A DNA stretch of 64,000 bases from Nitrososphaerota archaeon. Lineage in GTDB: Archaea > Thermoproteota > Nitrososphaeria > PSMU01. Positions within the stretch are counted from its first letter, which is position 1, and the number at the start of each line of letters is the position of its first letter. The position numbers were made by a program, and so were the translations under genes. The stretch spans positions 192,001 through 256,000 of the forward strand of contig PSMU01000002.1 of the NCBI GenBank assembly GCA_040290255.1, written 5' to 3'. The notes beneath the pieces are model-generated. The model did no database searches and was not told the origin of the DNA. It worked only from the letters and a program-made list of their open reading frames with translations. Positions 36,259 through 45,128 of this stretch are shown here, piece after piece.

Positions 36259-37293
36259 GTGAAGGCGCTCGTGTACCATGGCCCGCGGGACGTGAGGCTT
36301 GAGGAGGTCGAGAGGCCGCGGCCCGGCCCAGGCGAAGTCCTCGTACGGGTAAAGGCAGCCTTAACCTGTGGCACGGACCTGAAGGCATACAGGAGGGGGC
36401 ATCCGCTCATGAGGGAAGGGGTCATCATGGGCCATGAGTTCTCGGGCATTGTGGAAGAAATAGGGCAGGGGGTAAGCACGTTTAGGAGGGGCGATAGGAT
36501 AGCCTGCACTAACTCGGCGCCATGCCTCTTCTGTCGCTACTGCATGCTGGGGCGACATAACCTCTGTGAGCGCCTGACCGAGGAGGCGCTGGGGTTTTCG
36601 AGGAATGGAGGCTATGCGGAGTACGTCACGGTGCCGGAGCGTGTATTAAGGCTGAATGCCTTCCATCTGCCCGAGAATACCGCCTTCGAGGAGGCTGCCT
36701 TCCTAGAGCCCCTCTCCTGCGCGGTACATGGCCAGAGGATGCTGGGGCTATCGCTAGGGGAGGCCGTGCTCATCCTGGGGGCGGGGCCCGTGGGCCTCAT
36801 GCATGTCCAGCTCTGCAGGCTGAGGGGGGCAAACCCCATCATCGTGGCTGATCCTCACGAGGAGAAGCTGGAGCTGGCCAGGCGGCTGGGGGCTGATCAT
36901 ACCATAGACCTTGCCAAGGAAGGGCTGAGGGAGCGCCTTGAAGAGGTCACGAATGGCAGGGGCGTCAGCGCCGTCATCGAAGCCGTGGGAAAGGTGCAGG
37001 CATGGGAGCAGGCCGCCGAAGTGGTGGCCAAGGGGGGGCGTGTCTTACTCTTCGGCGGCTGTCCGAGGGGGACCAAGGCCTCCTTCGACACATATAGGAT
37101 CCACTATGAGGAGGTCGCGCTCCTGGGCTCCTTTCATTACTCGCCGGGCGATGCCAAGGCGGCCTTCGAGCTGATAGTTGGAGGGCGCGTGAACCTCAGG
37201 CCCCTTATCTCGAGGAGCGTTGGATTCGAGGGGCTGCTCTCATACTTTCTCGAGCAGGGGGGCGGGTCGATAAAGGTGGCCCTGACGCCCTAG
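36259..37293 (+). CDS. Zn-dependent MDR dehydrogenase (sorbitol/L-iditol dehydrogenase-like)
   Basis: CGTD, GHEFSG, CLFCRYC..C, GAGPVG; SD GGAGGTG upstream. Confidence 0.92.
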   Translation: MKALVYHGPRDVRLEEVERPRPGPGEVLVRVKAALTCGTDLKAYRRGHPLMREGVIMGHEFSGIVEEIGQGVSTFRRGDRIACTNSAPCLFCRYCMLGRHNLCERLTEEALGFSRNGGYAEYVTVPERVLRLNAFHLPENTAFEEAAFLEPLSCAVHGQRMLGLSLGEAVLILGAGPVGLMHVQLCRLRGANPIIVADPHEEKLELARRLGADHTIDLAKEGLRERLEEVTNGRGVSAVIEAVGKVQAWEQAAEVVAKGGRVLLFGGCPRGTKASFDTYRIHYEEVALLGSFHYSPGDAKAAFELIVGGRVNLRPLISRSVGFEGLLSYFLEQGGGSIKVALTP

Positions 37294-38309
37294 CCGAGCA
37301 CCATCACCTTAAGCCCTTCTCCCTGCTCGGCCACCCTAAAGGCCTCCACGGCCTCTGAGAGCGGGAATCTATGTGTGACCAGGTCGGAGACGACTAGCCT
37401 ACGTCCCGAAAGGAGCGTAAGGGCGGCCCTCATCTCGGCCTCGGAGGTAGAATAGCTGGCCGCGATGCTCACCTCCCCTATGAAGAGGTCCTGGAGGTTC
37501 AGCAGCAGCGGCGCCGCTTCGGGCGCCCCAAAGATGCCAAGCGTGCCCCCTTTTCTTAGCGCGCGCAGCGCCTGCTGCGCTGCCTGAATGCTGGAGGTGG
37601 CCACGATGGCCAGATCCACGCCGCGGCCCTCGGTGGCCCGGCGGCTCAGCTCGCTTGGATCCTCGCGCAGCGGGCTAGCCGCTATATCCACGCCCATGTC
37701 CTTCGCGGCCTGAAGCCTCCTTTCCCTGACATCGAAGACGAGTAGGGGTCCAGCCCCTAGGTTGAGGAGGAGCTTGACGAAGAGGAGGCCCATCGGTCCC
37801 GCGCCGAAGACCGCCACGCTCATTGGGCTCCTGTAGTTAAATCGCCTGAGCGCCCTTATGCAGCAGGCCAGGGGCTCCACAAGGGCCCCCTCTTCATACG
37901 TGAGGCCGCTGGGCAACGGCAGGACGCCCCCCCTCTCCACGTTCATCTTGGGCACCCTGAAGAACTCCGAGAAACCCCCCGGGTCAAGGTTGCTCTTGGG
38001 AAAGAGCTCACAGAGCGTCGGCTGGTCATGGAGGCAGTAGTAGCAGGCTCCACATGAGACATGATGGTGGACTACCACGCGCGTTCCCGGCCTCAGGTCC
38101 GAGGCCCCTTCGCCCACCTGCTCGACCTCACCAGCCACCTCATGTCCCAGCTGCACGGGCGTGAGCGACCAGCCCCTCAGCTTCTCTAGGTCCGTGCCGC
38201 AGATGCCGCAGGCCTTCATCCTCACGAGCAGCTCGCCCGGCCCTATGCGGGGCACGGGCACCTCCCTGAGCACGGGGCGGCGGGCTTCGTCCACGAAGAG
38301 CGCCTTCAT
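37290..38309 (-). CDS. Zn-dependent MDR dehydrogenase (sorbitol/L-iditol dehydrogenase-like)
   Basis: CGTD, GHEVAG, CGACYYC..C, GAGPMG. Confidence 0.92.
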   Translation of the reverse strand: MKALFVDEARRPVLREVPVPRIGPGELLVRMKACGICGTDLEKLRGWSLTPVQLGHEVAGEVEQVGEGASDLRPGTRVVVHHHVSCGACYYCLHDQPTLCELFPKSNLDPGGFSEFFRVPKMNVERGGVLPLPSGLTYEEGALVEPLACCIRALRRFNYRSPMSVAVFGAGPMGLLFVKLLLNLGAGPLLVFDVRERRLQAAKDMGVDIAASPLREDPSELSRRATEGRGVDLAIVATSSIQAAQQALRALRKGGTLGIFGAPEAAPLLLNLQDLFIGEVSIAASYSTSEAEMRAALTLLSGRRLVVSDLVTHRFPLSEAVEAFRVAEQGEGLKVMVLG

Positions 38310-39364
38310 GGGCCCAGGAGCTCCTCCGGCCGCTCAAGCAGCTCCTTGACCCTGGCCAAGAACCTGCTCGCGGGCACGCCATCCACGGCCCTATGGTCAA
38401 AGACCAGTGTGAGCGTAAAGCTGGGCTTCACGATCACCTCCTGGCCCAGCGCCACGGGCCGGGGCTTGATTGCTCCTACGCCCAAGATGGCGCAGGCGGG
38501 CGGATTTAGGACGGGCGCGAAATAGTCCACGCCCTCGCTCCCTAGGTTCGAGATCGTGAACGTATGGCCCAGCGTTTCCTCCGGCCTGAGCGTGCCCTCC
38601 CTCGCACGCGCTATCAGCGCCTCCACTGCTTCATGAAGCTCCTGCGCCCGCAGGGTGTGCGCATTCCTGAGAACGGGCGCGAGCAGTCCCCTGGGCGTAT
38701 GCACGGCTATGGCGATGTTCACGGCGCCATGCTGCCTTATCTCATCCTCCTCCAGCGTGCAGTTGAGCTCCTTGTGCTCGAGCAGCGCCCTGGCGCAGGC
38801 CCTGGCGATCAGCGCCGTGAGGCTAAGGCGCGAAGTTTGCGATAGCTCCAGCAGCCTCTCCGCGCCGACCTCCATGGAGATCGGCGTGGGCACGGTGGTG
38901 CGATGCGCGTAGCTCAGCCTTTCGGCGATGGCCCTCCGCAGGCCCTCGAGCTTGTAGCTCTTGAAGGGCTTCTCTTCGCCTGGAGTCGGGGCTAGCCCCT
39001 TTACCTCCCTGAGCACATCCTCGGCCGTTATCCTGCCGCCGGGCCCCGTGCCCCTGACCTTGGTGAGGTCTACGTTGTGCTCCCGAGCCAGCCTCTTGGC
39101 CATGGGGGAGGCCAGCACCTCCTGCTGCTCCGCCTCTACCACCGCCAGCAGCTCGCCCACCTTGACCACGGCGCCTTGTTCAGCCCTTATCCTCAGCCTG
39201 CCCGAGGCCGGCGACCTGAGCTCGAGGGTGCTCTTTTCGCCCTCTAGGAGCGCTATGACCTCTCCCTCCCGCACGGCCTCCCCTTCGCCCTTGAGCCAAG
39301 ATACGACCTTCCCCTCCTGCATGGCGGGATCGAAGCGGGGCATGCGCACCTCAGCGCTTGCCAT
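38306..39364 (-). CDS. 2-oxoacid/acetoin dehydrogenase E2 dihydrolipoamide acyltransferase
   Basis: Lipoyl domain EGEK, E3-binding ASPMAKRLA..GTGPGGRI, catalytic DHRAVDG. Confidence 0.93.
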   Translation of the reverse strand: MASAEVRMPRFDPAMQEGKVVSWLKGEGEAVREGEVIALLEGEKSTLELRSPASGRLRIRAEQGAVVKVGELLAVVEAEQQEVLASPMAKRLAREHNVDLTKVRGTGPGGRITAEDVLREVKGLAPTPGEEKPFKSYKLEGLRRAIAERLSYAHRTTVPTPISMEVGAERLLELSQTSRLSLTALIARACARALLEHKELNCTLEEDEIRQHGAVNIAIAVHTPRGLLAPVLRNAHTLRAQELHEAVEALIARAREGTLRPEETLGHTFTISNLGSEGVDYFAPVLNPPACAILGVGAIKPRPVALGQEVIVKPSFTLTLVFDHRAVDGVPASRFLARVKELLERPEELLGP

Positions 39365-39367
39365 GGC

Positions 39368-40348
39368 CTAGCCCCTCACCAGCCTCTTGGCCGCCGCGGC
39401 GATCGCTTCCGCGCTGACCATATAGCGCTTTTCCAGCTCGGGCGAGAAGGGCACGGGCATCGGCGGTGAGCCCACCCTTACGATGGGCGCGTCCAGATAG
39501 TCCAACGTCTCCTCGGCGGCGCGGGCGGCGAGCTCCGCGCCTATCCCGCCCGTCACTATGTCATCCTCGGCCACGAGCAGCCTGTTGGTGCGCTTCACTG
39601 AACCGAAGAGGGCCTCGAAGTCGATGGGCTGTAGCGTCATGAGGTCCAGCACCTCCGCTTCTATGCCCTCCGCGCTGAGCAGGTCAGCCGCCCGCAGGGC
39701 CTCCTGGACGGTCCTCGAGAAGCAGGCGATCGTGATGTCGGTCCCCCTCCTCTTTATTTCGGCCCTGCCCAGAGGAGTTATGTAGTCCTGGTCGGGTACC
39801 TCGCCCCTTAGCCTATGGTAAAGGTAGCCGCATTCTATAAAGAGCACGGGGCTGTCCTGCCTCAGGGCGGCCTTTAGCAGGCCCTTTGCATCCCTGGGCG
39901 TGCCCGGGGCTACGACCTTCAGCCCCGGCGCCTGCAGGAAGGCGGAGGGAAAGAACTGGCTGTGCTGGGCGCCGTGGGCCCTGCCGAGGCTATACTGCGT
40001 CCTAACTACAAAGGGCAGCTTCAGCTGGCCTCCGCTCATGAAGCGCAGCTTTGCCGCATGAGTAACGAGCTGGTCCATGGCGATGTAGACGAAGTCCATG
40101 TACATGATCTCGGCCACCGGCCTCAGGCCCATCAGCGAGGCCCCTATCGCCATGCCCACGATGGCTATCTCCGAGATGGGCGTGTCCCTTACCCTCTCAG
40201 GACCAAACTCCTCTAGGAGCCCCTTGGTGACCCTGTACACCCCTCCCGCCGCGGCGACGTCCTCGCCGAAGATTATGATGCTCCCATCCCTCTTCATCTC
40301 CTCCCGCAGGGCTTCGTTGAGCGCCTCGGCGTAGGTGAGCTGCCTCAT
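39368..40348 (-). CDS. 2-oxoacid/acetoin dehydrogenase E1 beta subunit
   Basis: FGEDV, RVRDTPISE, GAQHSQ, YLDAP. Confidence 0.95.
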   Translation of the reverse strand: MRQLTYAEALNEALREEMKRDGSIIIFGEDVAAAGGVYRVTKGLLEEFGPERVRDTPISEIAIVGMAIGASLMGLRPVAEIMYMDFVYIAMDQLVTHAAKLRFMSGGQLKLPFVVRTQYSLGRAHGAQHSQFFPSAFLQAPGLKVVAPGTPRDAKGLLKAALRQDSPVLFIECGYLYHRLRGEVPDQDYITPLGRAEIKRRGTDITIACFSRTVQEALRAADLLSAEGIEAEVLDLMTLQPIDFEALFGSVKRTNRLLVAEDDIVTGGIGAELAARAAEETLDYLDAPIVRVGSPPMPVPFSPELEKRYMVSAEAIAAAAKRLVRG

Positions 40349-40352
40349 ATCG

Positions 40353-41372
40353 CTAGGCGTACACGAAGTCGCCCAGCTGCTCGAAGGGGACCAGCGGTGC
40401 GCTCTGCGCCTCCTGCACCGCCCTCTCGAGCCGCCGCTCGATATCGCCTTCAACTTCGCTTAGCCAATCCGCGTCCAGAAGGCCCCAGCTGCTCAGCCTG
40501 CTCTTGAAGAGCTCGATGGGGTCCTTGGAGAGCCATCGCTCCACCTCCTCCTTGGGCCTATAGGTCGCCTTGTCGTAGACCCCATGCCCTCCCCTCCTAT
40601 AGGTCTCGCATTCCAGGAAGTATGGGCCCTCGCCGGCCCTTATCCTGCGGGCTGCCTCGGCCGCAGCCCTGTAGACTTCTATCACATCGTTTCCGAACAC
40701 GCGCGCCGTCGCCATGCCGTAGGAGGCCGCCCGGGAGGTGATCGATCCGGCCGCGAGCGAAGCCCTAAGCGGCGTGAATTCGGCGTAATAGTTGTTCTCA
40801 CAGACGAACAGCACGGGCAGGCGCCAAAGCGAGCAGATGTTAAGGGCCTCGTGAAAGGCGCCGGTGTTCACCGCGCCGTCGCCAAAGAAGCAGGCGACGA
40901 GCGCATCGCTTTTCCTGTACCTTAGGGCCAGGGCCAGGCCTGCTGCTATCGGCAGGCCGCTGCCGACTATGGCCGTGGCCACAGGGATCCCATGCTCAAG
41001 GCTGATGGCAGCATGCATGGAGCCGCCCAGGCCCTTGCAGGTGCCCGTGGCCCTCCCGAAGAGCTCGGCCATGAGGGCCTCAACGCTAACGCCCCTCGCC
41101 AGCGCATGGCCATGGCACCTGTACGTGGTGACGACCTTGTCATCCTGCCGCAGCGCGCTTAGAACCCCCACGGCCACGGCCTCCTGCCCGTAATACAGAT
41201 GGGAGGGGCCCGTCAGGAGGCCCTTAACGAGGAAGAGTTCCTCCACCTTCTCCTCGAACTTCCTGATTTCGAGCATCTTGGAGAGCATGTTCAGCAGCGC
41301 CTCCCTTGTGAGGCCCAGGCGGCCCAGCTCCTCAGGGCCGGCGCTCCCGCCAGCTGGCCCGTGAGAGGACAT
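40353..41372 (-). CDS. 2-oxoacid/acetoin dehydrogenase E1 alpha subunit
   Basis: GQEA, YRCHGH, GGSMH, TPP motif GDGA..ENN. Confidence 0.95.
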   Translation of the reverse strand: MSSHGPAGGSAGPEELGRLGLTREALLNMLSKMLEIRKFEEKVEELFLVKGLLTGPSHLYYGQEAVAVGVLSALRQDDKVVTTYRCHGHALARGVSVEALMAELFGRATGTCKGLGGSMHAAISLEHGIPVATAIVGSGLPIAAGLALALRYRKSDALVACFFGDGAVNTGAFHEALNICSLWRLPVLFVCENNYYAEFTPLRASLAAGSITSRAASYGMATARVFGNDVIEVYRAAAEAARRIRAGEGPYFLECETYRRGGHGVYDKATYRPKEEVERWLSKDPIELFKSRLSSWGLLDADWLSEVEGDIERRLERAVQEAQSAPLVPFEQLGDFVYA

Positions 41373-41451
41373 CTGGCCGCTCCCCGGCCCTGCCGTTAAT
41401 AAGGTTTGGTCGAGGGCTAACGCAAATATTTCCCCTTCCCGGCCGCCTTTC

Positions 41452-41715
41452 GTGCGCGTGGCAAGGATCCTGGGCTACCGGCAGGGGCTAAACCGCCAGG
41501 TCACGTCCCAGGTGCTGCTTAGGGTCGAGGGCGCGACGAAGGAGGAGCTCCAGCGGCTTCTGGGCCGGGCAGTGATTTACAGGGACAGGTTCGGCAACGT
41601 GTATAGGGGTCAAATCCTGGCGAGACACGGTAACGGAGATGTCGTGAGGGCCCGCTTCTCCCCCAACCTGCCCGGGCAGGCCCTGGGCGGAATAGCGGAG
41701 ATTCAAGAGGAGTGA
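41452..41715 (+). CDS. rpl35ae: 50S ribosomal protein L35Ae (eL33)
   Basis: GYRQG..Q..QVLL, G.I..HGN..VRARF..NLPGQALG. Confidence 0.92.
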   Translation: MRVARILGYRQGLNRQVTSQVLLRVEGATKEELQRLLGRAVIYRDRFGNVYRGQILARHGNGDVVRARFSPNLPGQALGGIAEIQEE

Positions 41716-41727
41716 GGGGCACAAGGG

Positions 41728-42428
41728 CTACCCGCCGGGCTCGTAGCGGAGGACGATCACCCCTTCGTTCATGTAAGCGATATGAAACCTCTTGCTGAGT
41801 AGCAGGTGCTGGTAGTGGGCGAGGGTCAGGGGCGCTTTGGGCGGCCCCCCAAGGCGGGGGAGCGCTACGTAGGATATGTTGTGCTGCGCGAGGAGCTGAA
41901 GCGCCTCCAAGAGGGGCCTCAGCATAAGAAAGCAGCGAGGTAAAGGCCAGCGGAGGAGGGCGAAGCCCAGGAGGTTTGGATACCCTCCCCAGCCCAGCAT
42001 TTCCGTGCTCAGCCGCGCGACGGAGCTGGCGAACGCGGCGACCAGCCCCGAGAGTTTGCCCGCTCGCCTGGCGAAGGCGTAGATGGAAAGGGGCTGGGCT
42101 GCATAAAGCAGGGCGGCCACGAGCTTGAGCGCGAGGACCTCGTCATGGATCACGAAGGAGAACCCTGAGAGCAAGAGGAAGAAGAGCGGGGGATACTGCC
42201 AGGGGCTTATCCCCACAGCGGAGCGGTGAGCGCCTATGCATCCTTCGTTTCGCCATAAAGCGCCATTAGCAGCGAGTCCTGAAGGCCATGGGCATAGGCC
42301 AACCACTCCCCGGCATCCGACCACCAGGGCAGCGCCCTTGGCCCCAATTGGAGCCATATCAGGCAAAAGGCGAGCGCGCCAAGCGAAGCCGCGGTGAGCC
42401 AAGCGGCGGCTTCGCCAAAACGGCTCAT
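41728..42428 (-). pseudogene. Degraded membrane glycosyltransferase-like (GT-C type) gene
   Basis: TM + SDAGEW, in-frame TAG at 42234-42236, frameshift near 42211, then YPPLFF..WGGYPNLLG, joined directly to a C-terminal ISYV..AYMNEGVIVLR segment. Confidence 0.65.
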
Positions 42429-42506
42429 CGCTCCAGGCCCGAGCGCCGGAGAGCCTTAAGAGCCTTGGCAAGAAGTTAATTACCGCCCTCCGCGGGCCTG
42501 CGGCCC

Positions 42507-43376
42507 ATGGGCCAAGAGGAACCTCACGCAGGTCTGTACTACTTTGAGGACGTGGCCCCTTATGCGCGCCTAGCCCTACGCGTGCGCGAGGTCATATACA
42601 GCGGCAGAACGCGATACCAGCAGGTCGACATCCTCAGGCTGGAGGGCTTCGGGCTAGCGCTTATTTTGGATGGATACATACAATCAACGGAGGCGGATGA
42701 GCACTTCTACCATGAGGCCCTTGTGCATCCTGCGCTGCTTTCGCACCCAAGGCCGGAGCGCGTGCTGATCCTCGGTGGCGGCGAGGGCGCCGCGCTCAGG
42801 GAGGTGCTCAAGCACAAGAGCGTCAGGCTCTGCTCCCTGGTCGACATCGACGGCGAGCTGCTGGAGCTCTCGAAGAGGTATTTGGCGCCCTTGCATAGGG
42901 GGAGCTTTTGGGACCCGCGCGCCGAGGTTCTGGTGCAGGATGCGGCCCACTACGTCGAGCGCGCGGGGGAGCGCTTTGATATCGTCATAATGGACCTTAC
43001 AGACCCGCATGGCCCGGAGATCTCGCGCCACCTATATTCAAAGGCCTTCTTTGAGAGGCTCCGGGGCCTTCTCGGGCCAGGCGGCTTCTTGGTCGGGCAG
43101 CTGGGCTCGGCCTTCTTTTACCCCGATCTCTACTCGGAAATCATCGCGGCCCTTAGGGCCGTCTTTCCCTCCGTCATCGAATACCAGGTTTGGACGCCCT
43201 CGTTCGGCTGCTGCGCCAACTTCGCGCTGGCCACGCTTGGAGGAAACGTGATAAGGGAAGACTCGGTGGACGAGGAGCTCCGGCGCAGGGGCATCGGCAC
43301 CAAATTCTACGGTGGCCTGGCGCACAGGGCCCTATTCTCGGGCTTCATCAACAGGCGGCCGGAGGGCGCGCAATAG
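42507..43376 (+). CDS. speE: Polyamine aminopropyltransferase (spermidine synthase family)
   Basis: YQQV, LDGYIQSTEADE..YHEALVHP, GGGEG, DID, MDLTDP. Confidence 0.95.
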   Translation: MGQEEPHAGLYYFEDVAPYARLALRVREVIYSGRTRYQQVDILRLEGFGLALILDGYIQSTEADEHFYHEALVHPALLSHPRPERVLILGGGEGAALREVLKHKSVRLCSLVDIDGELLELSKRYLAPLHRGSFWDPRAEVLVQDAAHYVERAGERFDIVIMDLTDPHGPEISRHLYSKAFFERLRGLLGPGGFLVGQLGSAFFYPDLYSEIIAALRAVFPSVIEYQVWTPSFGCCANFALATLGGNVIREDSVDEELRRRGIGTKFYGGLAHRALFSGFINRRPEGAQ

Positions 43377-43404
43377 CGGGCAGAATAAAGAGGCTAGAGC
43401 GACC

Positions 43405-44643
43405 TTGCCGGCCCTACTGCCACTGGTCGCCTTGGGCGGCGTCCTCGTAACCACGATGCTCAGGGGGGTGCGGAGCTTCCCCCTGGGGATATGGCTTGCC
43501 ATGGACCTGGGAGCGCTGACCGTCCTGGCGACGGGGCAGATAGGCCTCAAGGAAGCGGCCCAGGCCATCGATCCGGACGTCATGCTCTTCCTCCTCGGAA
43601 TGTTCATCATAGGCTCGGCGCTCGAGCTGAGCGGCTACCTCTCGACCCTGACGACCAGGCTGCTTTCGGGCGCTAAAAACGGAGAGGCACTGCTCCTCCG
43701 CATCCTTCTGCTCATGGGCCTGCTTTCTGCCATCCTGATGAACGACACGCTGGCGGTAATCGGGACGCCGGCCCTGCTGAGCGTGGCGGAGCGGCAGAAC
43801 CTCGATCCTAGGCCCCTTCTGCTGGCCCTGGCCTTCGCCATCACCATCGGCAGCGCCATGAGCCCCATAGGCAACCCCCAGAACCTGCTAATAGCGACCG
43901 GCTCTAACATGAGGGAGCCGTTTAGCACTTTTCTGAGATATCTTTTCGTGCCCACGCTCCTCAACCTGCTGAGCGCCTTCCTCCTCCTTCGCGCCTTCTA
44001 TGGCCAGGAGATGAGGAAGCCGCTGAGGTGGGATAACGGGCCGCGCAGCGAAGATAGGAGGTTGGCCTCGCTCTGCAGGCACTCCCTCGAGCTGCTCCTA
44101 GCGCTCTCGGGCCTGAGGGTGGCGCTGGCCTATCTCCTCCCCCAGGGGACCTTCCGCCTAAGCTACATCGCGCTGGCCTCCTCGTTCCCGCTTCTGCTGC
44201 TCAGCGGAAGGCGTATTGAGATCTTAAGGCATGTTGACTGGAGGACGCTGGCCTTCTTCCTGGGCATGTTCGTGCTCATGAGAAGCGTGTGGCTCACGGG
44301 GACCTTTCAGGCGGCCATGGGCGCGCTGGGCCTGCTGCTGCACGACCCCACGCACATCATCTTGGTCAGCCTGCTCTTCAGCCAGCTGCTCTCCAACGTG
44401 CCGCTTACCGCGCTCTTGCTGCCCTCGGTCATGCATGGGGACGAGAAGGCGGCCGTGGCCCTGGCGGCGGGGAGCACCATCGCCGGCAACTTTACCCTCC
44501 TAGGGGCGGCGAGCAACATAATCATAATCCAGGGCGCGGAGGCGAGGCGAAGAACCCTGAGCTTCTGGGACTTCGTGAGGGTGGGCGCGCCGCTGACCGC
44601 GGTCAACTCCCTAACAGTGTGGGCCTTCCTGGTGCTGCTTTGA
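43405..44643 (+). CDS. ArsB/NhaD (ion transporter superfamily) anion permease
   Basis: LMNDT, SPIGNPQN, SNVP, AGNFTLLGAASN; start uncertain. Confidence 0.9.
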   Translation: MPALLPLVALGGVLVTTMLRGVRSFPLGIWLAMDLGALTVLATGQIGLKEAAQAIDPDVMLFLLGMFIIGSALELSGYLSTLTTRLLSGAKNGEALLLRILLLMGLLSAILMNDTLAVIGTPALLSVAERQNLDPRPLLLALAFAITIGSAMSPIGNPQNLLIATGSNMREPFSTFLRYLFVPTLLNLLSAFLLLRAFYGQEMRKPLRWDNGPRSEDRRLASLCRHSLELLLALSGLRVALAYLLPQGTFRLSYIALASSFPLLLLSGRRIEILRHVDWRTLAFFLGMFVLMRSVWLTGTFQAAMGALGLLLHDPTHIILVSLLFSQLLSNVPLTALLLPSVMHGDEKAAVALAAGSTIAGNFTLLGAASNIIIIQGAEARRRTLSFWDFVRVGAPLTAVNSLTVWAFLVLL

Positions 44644-44680
44644 GGAAGAAGCTTTTTAATGCTATAGGCTCCTTAAGCCC

Positions 44681-45100
44681 ATGAATAGGCCTCTCTATCT
44701 GCACGCGCAGCTCTGGCTCTCCGCCCTGACGGTCCTGCTGACGACGCTCCCCATGAGGCCGGCCTTCCTCGTGGACCTGCACGCAGTTTTAGGCCTCGTG
44801 CTCCTGGGCACGGCGCATTACTGTCGCGTGAAGCTGGGACAGGGAAGAGCGCATGCCTCCCTTGCCAGGATAGCCCTTTGGACCGCGGTCCTCGTCACCG
44901 CCCAGGCGGCGCTGGGCCTGGCATTGTATGCCGCCTTTAGGATAGGAGCGCCCATGCCTGCTGATGTGTACACCGGCCTGAGCGCGGTTCACCTCGTAAT
45001 AGGGCTCGGCATCCTAGCCGAGAGCGCGGGGCTCTTTACGGGCTACGGAATATGGAGGCAGCTCGTGCCGAGCGGCGAAGCTCAAGAAGCCAGGGCTTGA
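44681..45100 (+). CDS. Hypothetical 4-TM membrane protein with His residues in helices
   Basis: Hydrophobic; DLHAVLG and AVHLVIG; TATA-like CTTTTTAA upstream. Confidence 0.65.
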   Translation: MNRPLYLHAQLWLSALTVLLTTLPMRPAFLVDLHAVLGLVLLGTAHYCRVKLGQGRAHASLARIALWTAVLVTAQAALGLALYAAFRIGAPMPADVYTGLSAVHLVIGLGILAESAGLFTGYGIWRQLVPSGEAQEARA

Positions 45101-45128
45101 CGCCATCCTGTATTCGGGCCGAGGGGGG

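Noticed and set aside
42234-42236. In-frame TAG as possible pyrrolysine or readthrough
   Set aside because: Followed within 9 codons by a frameshift and TAA; TAG ends many intact genes here; no pyl genes in the window.
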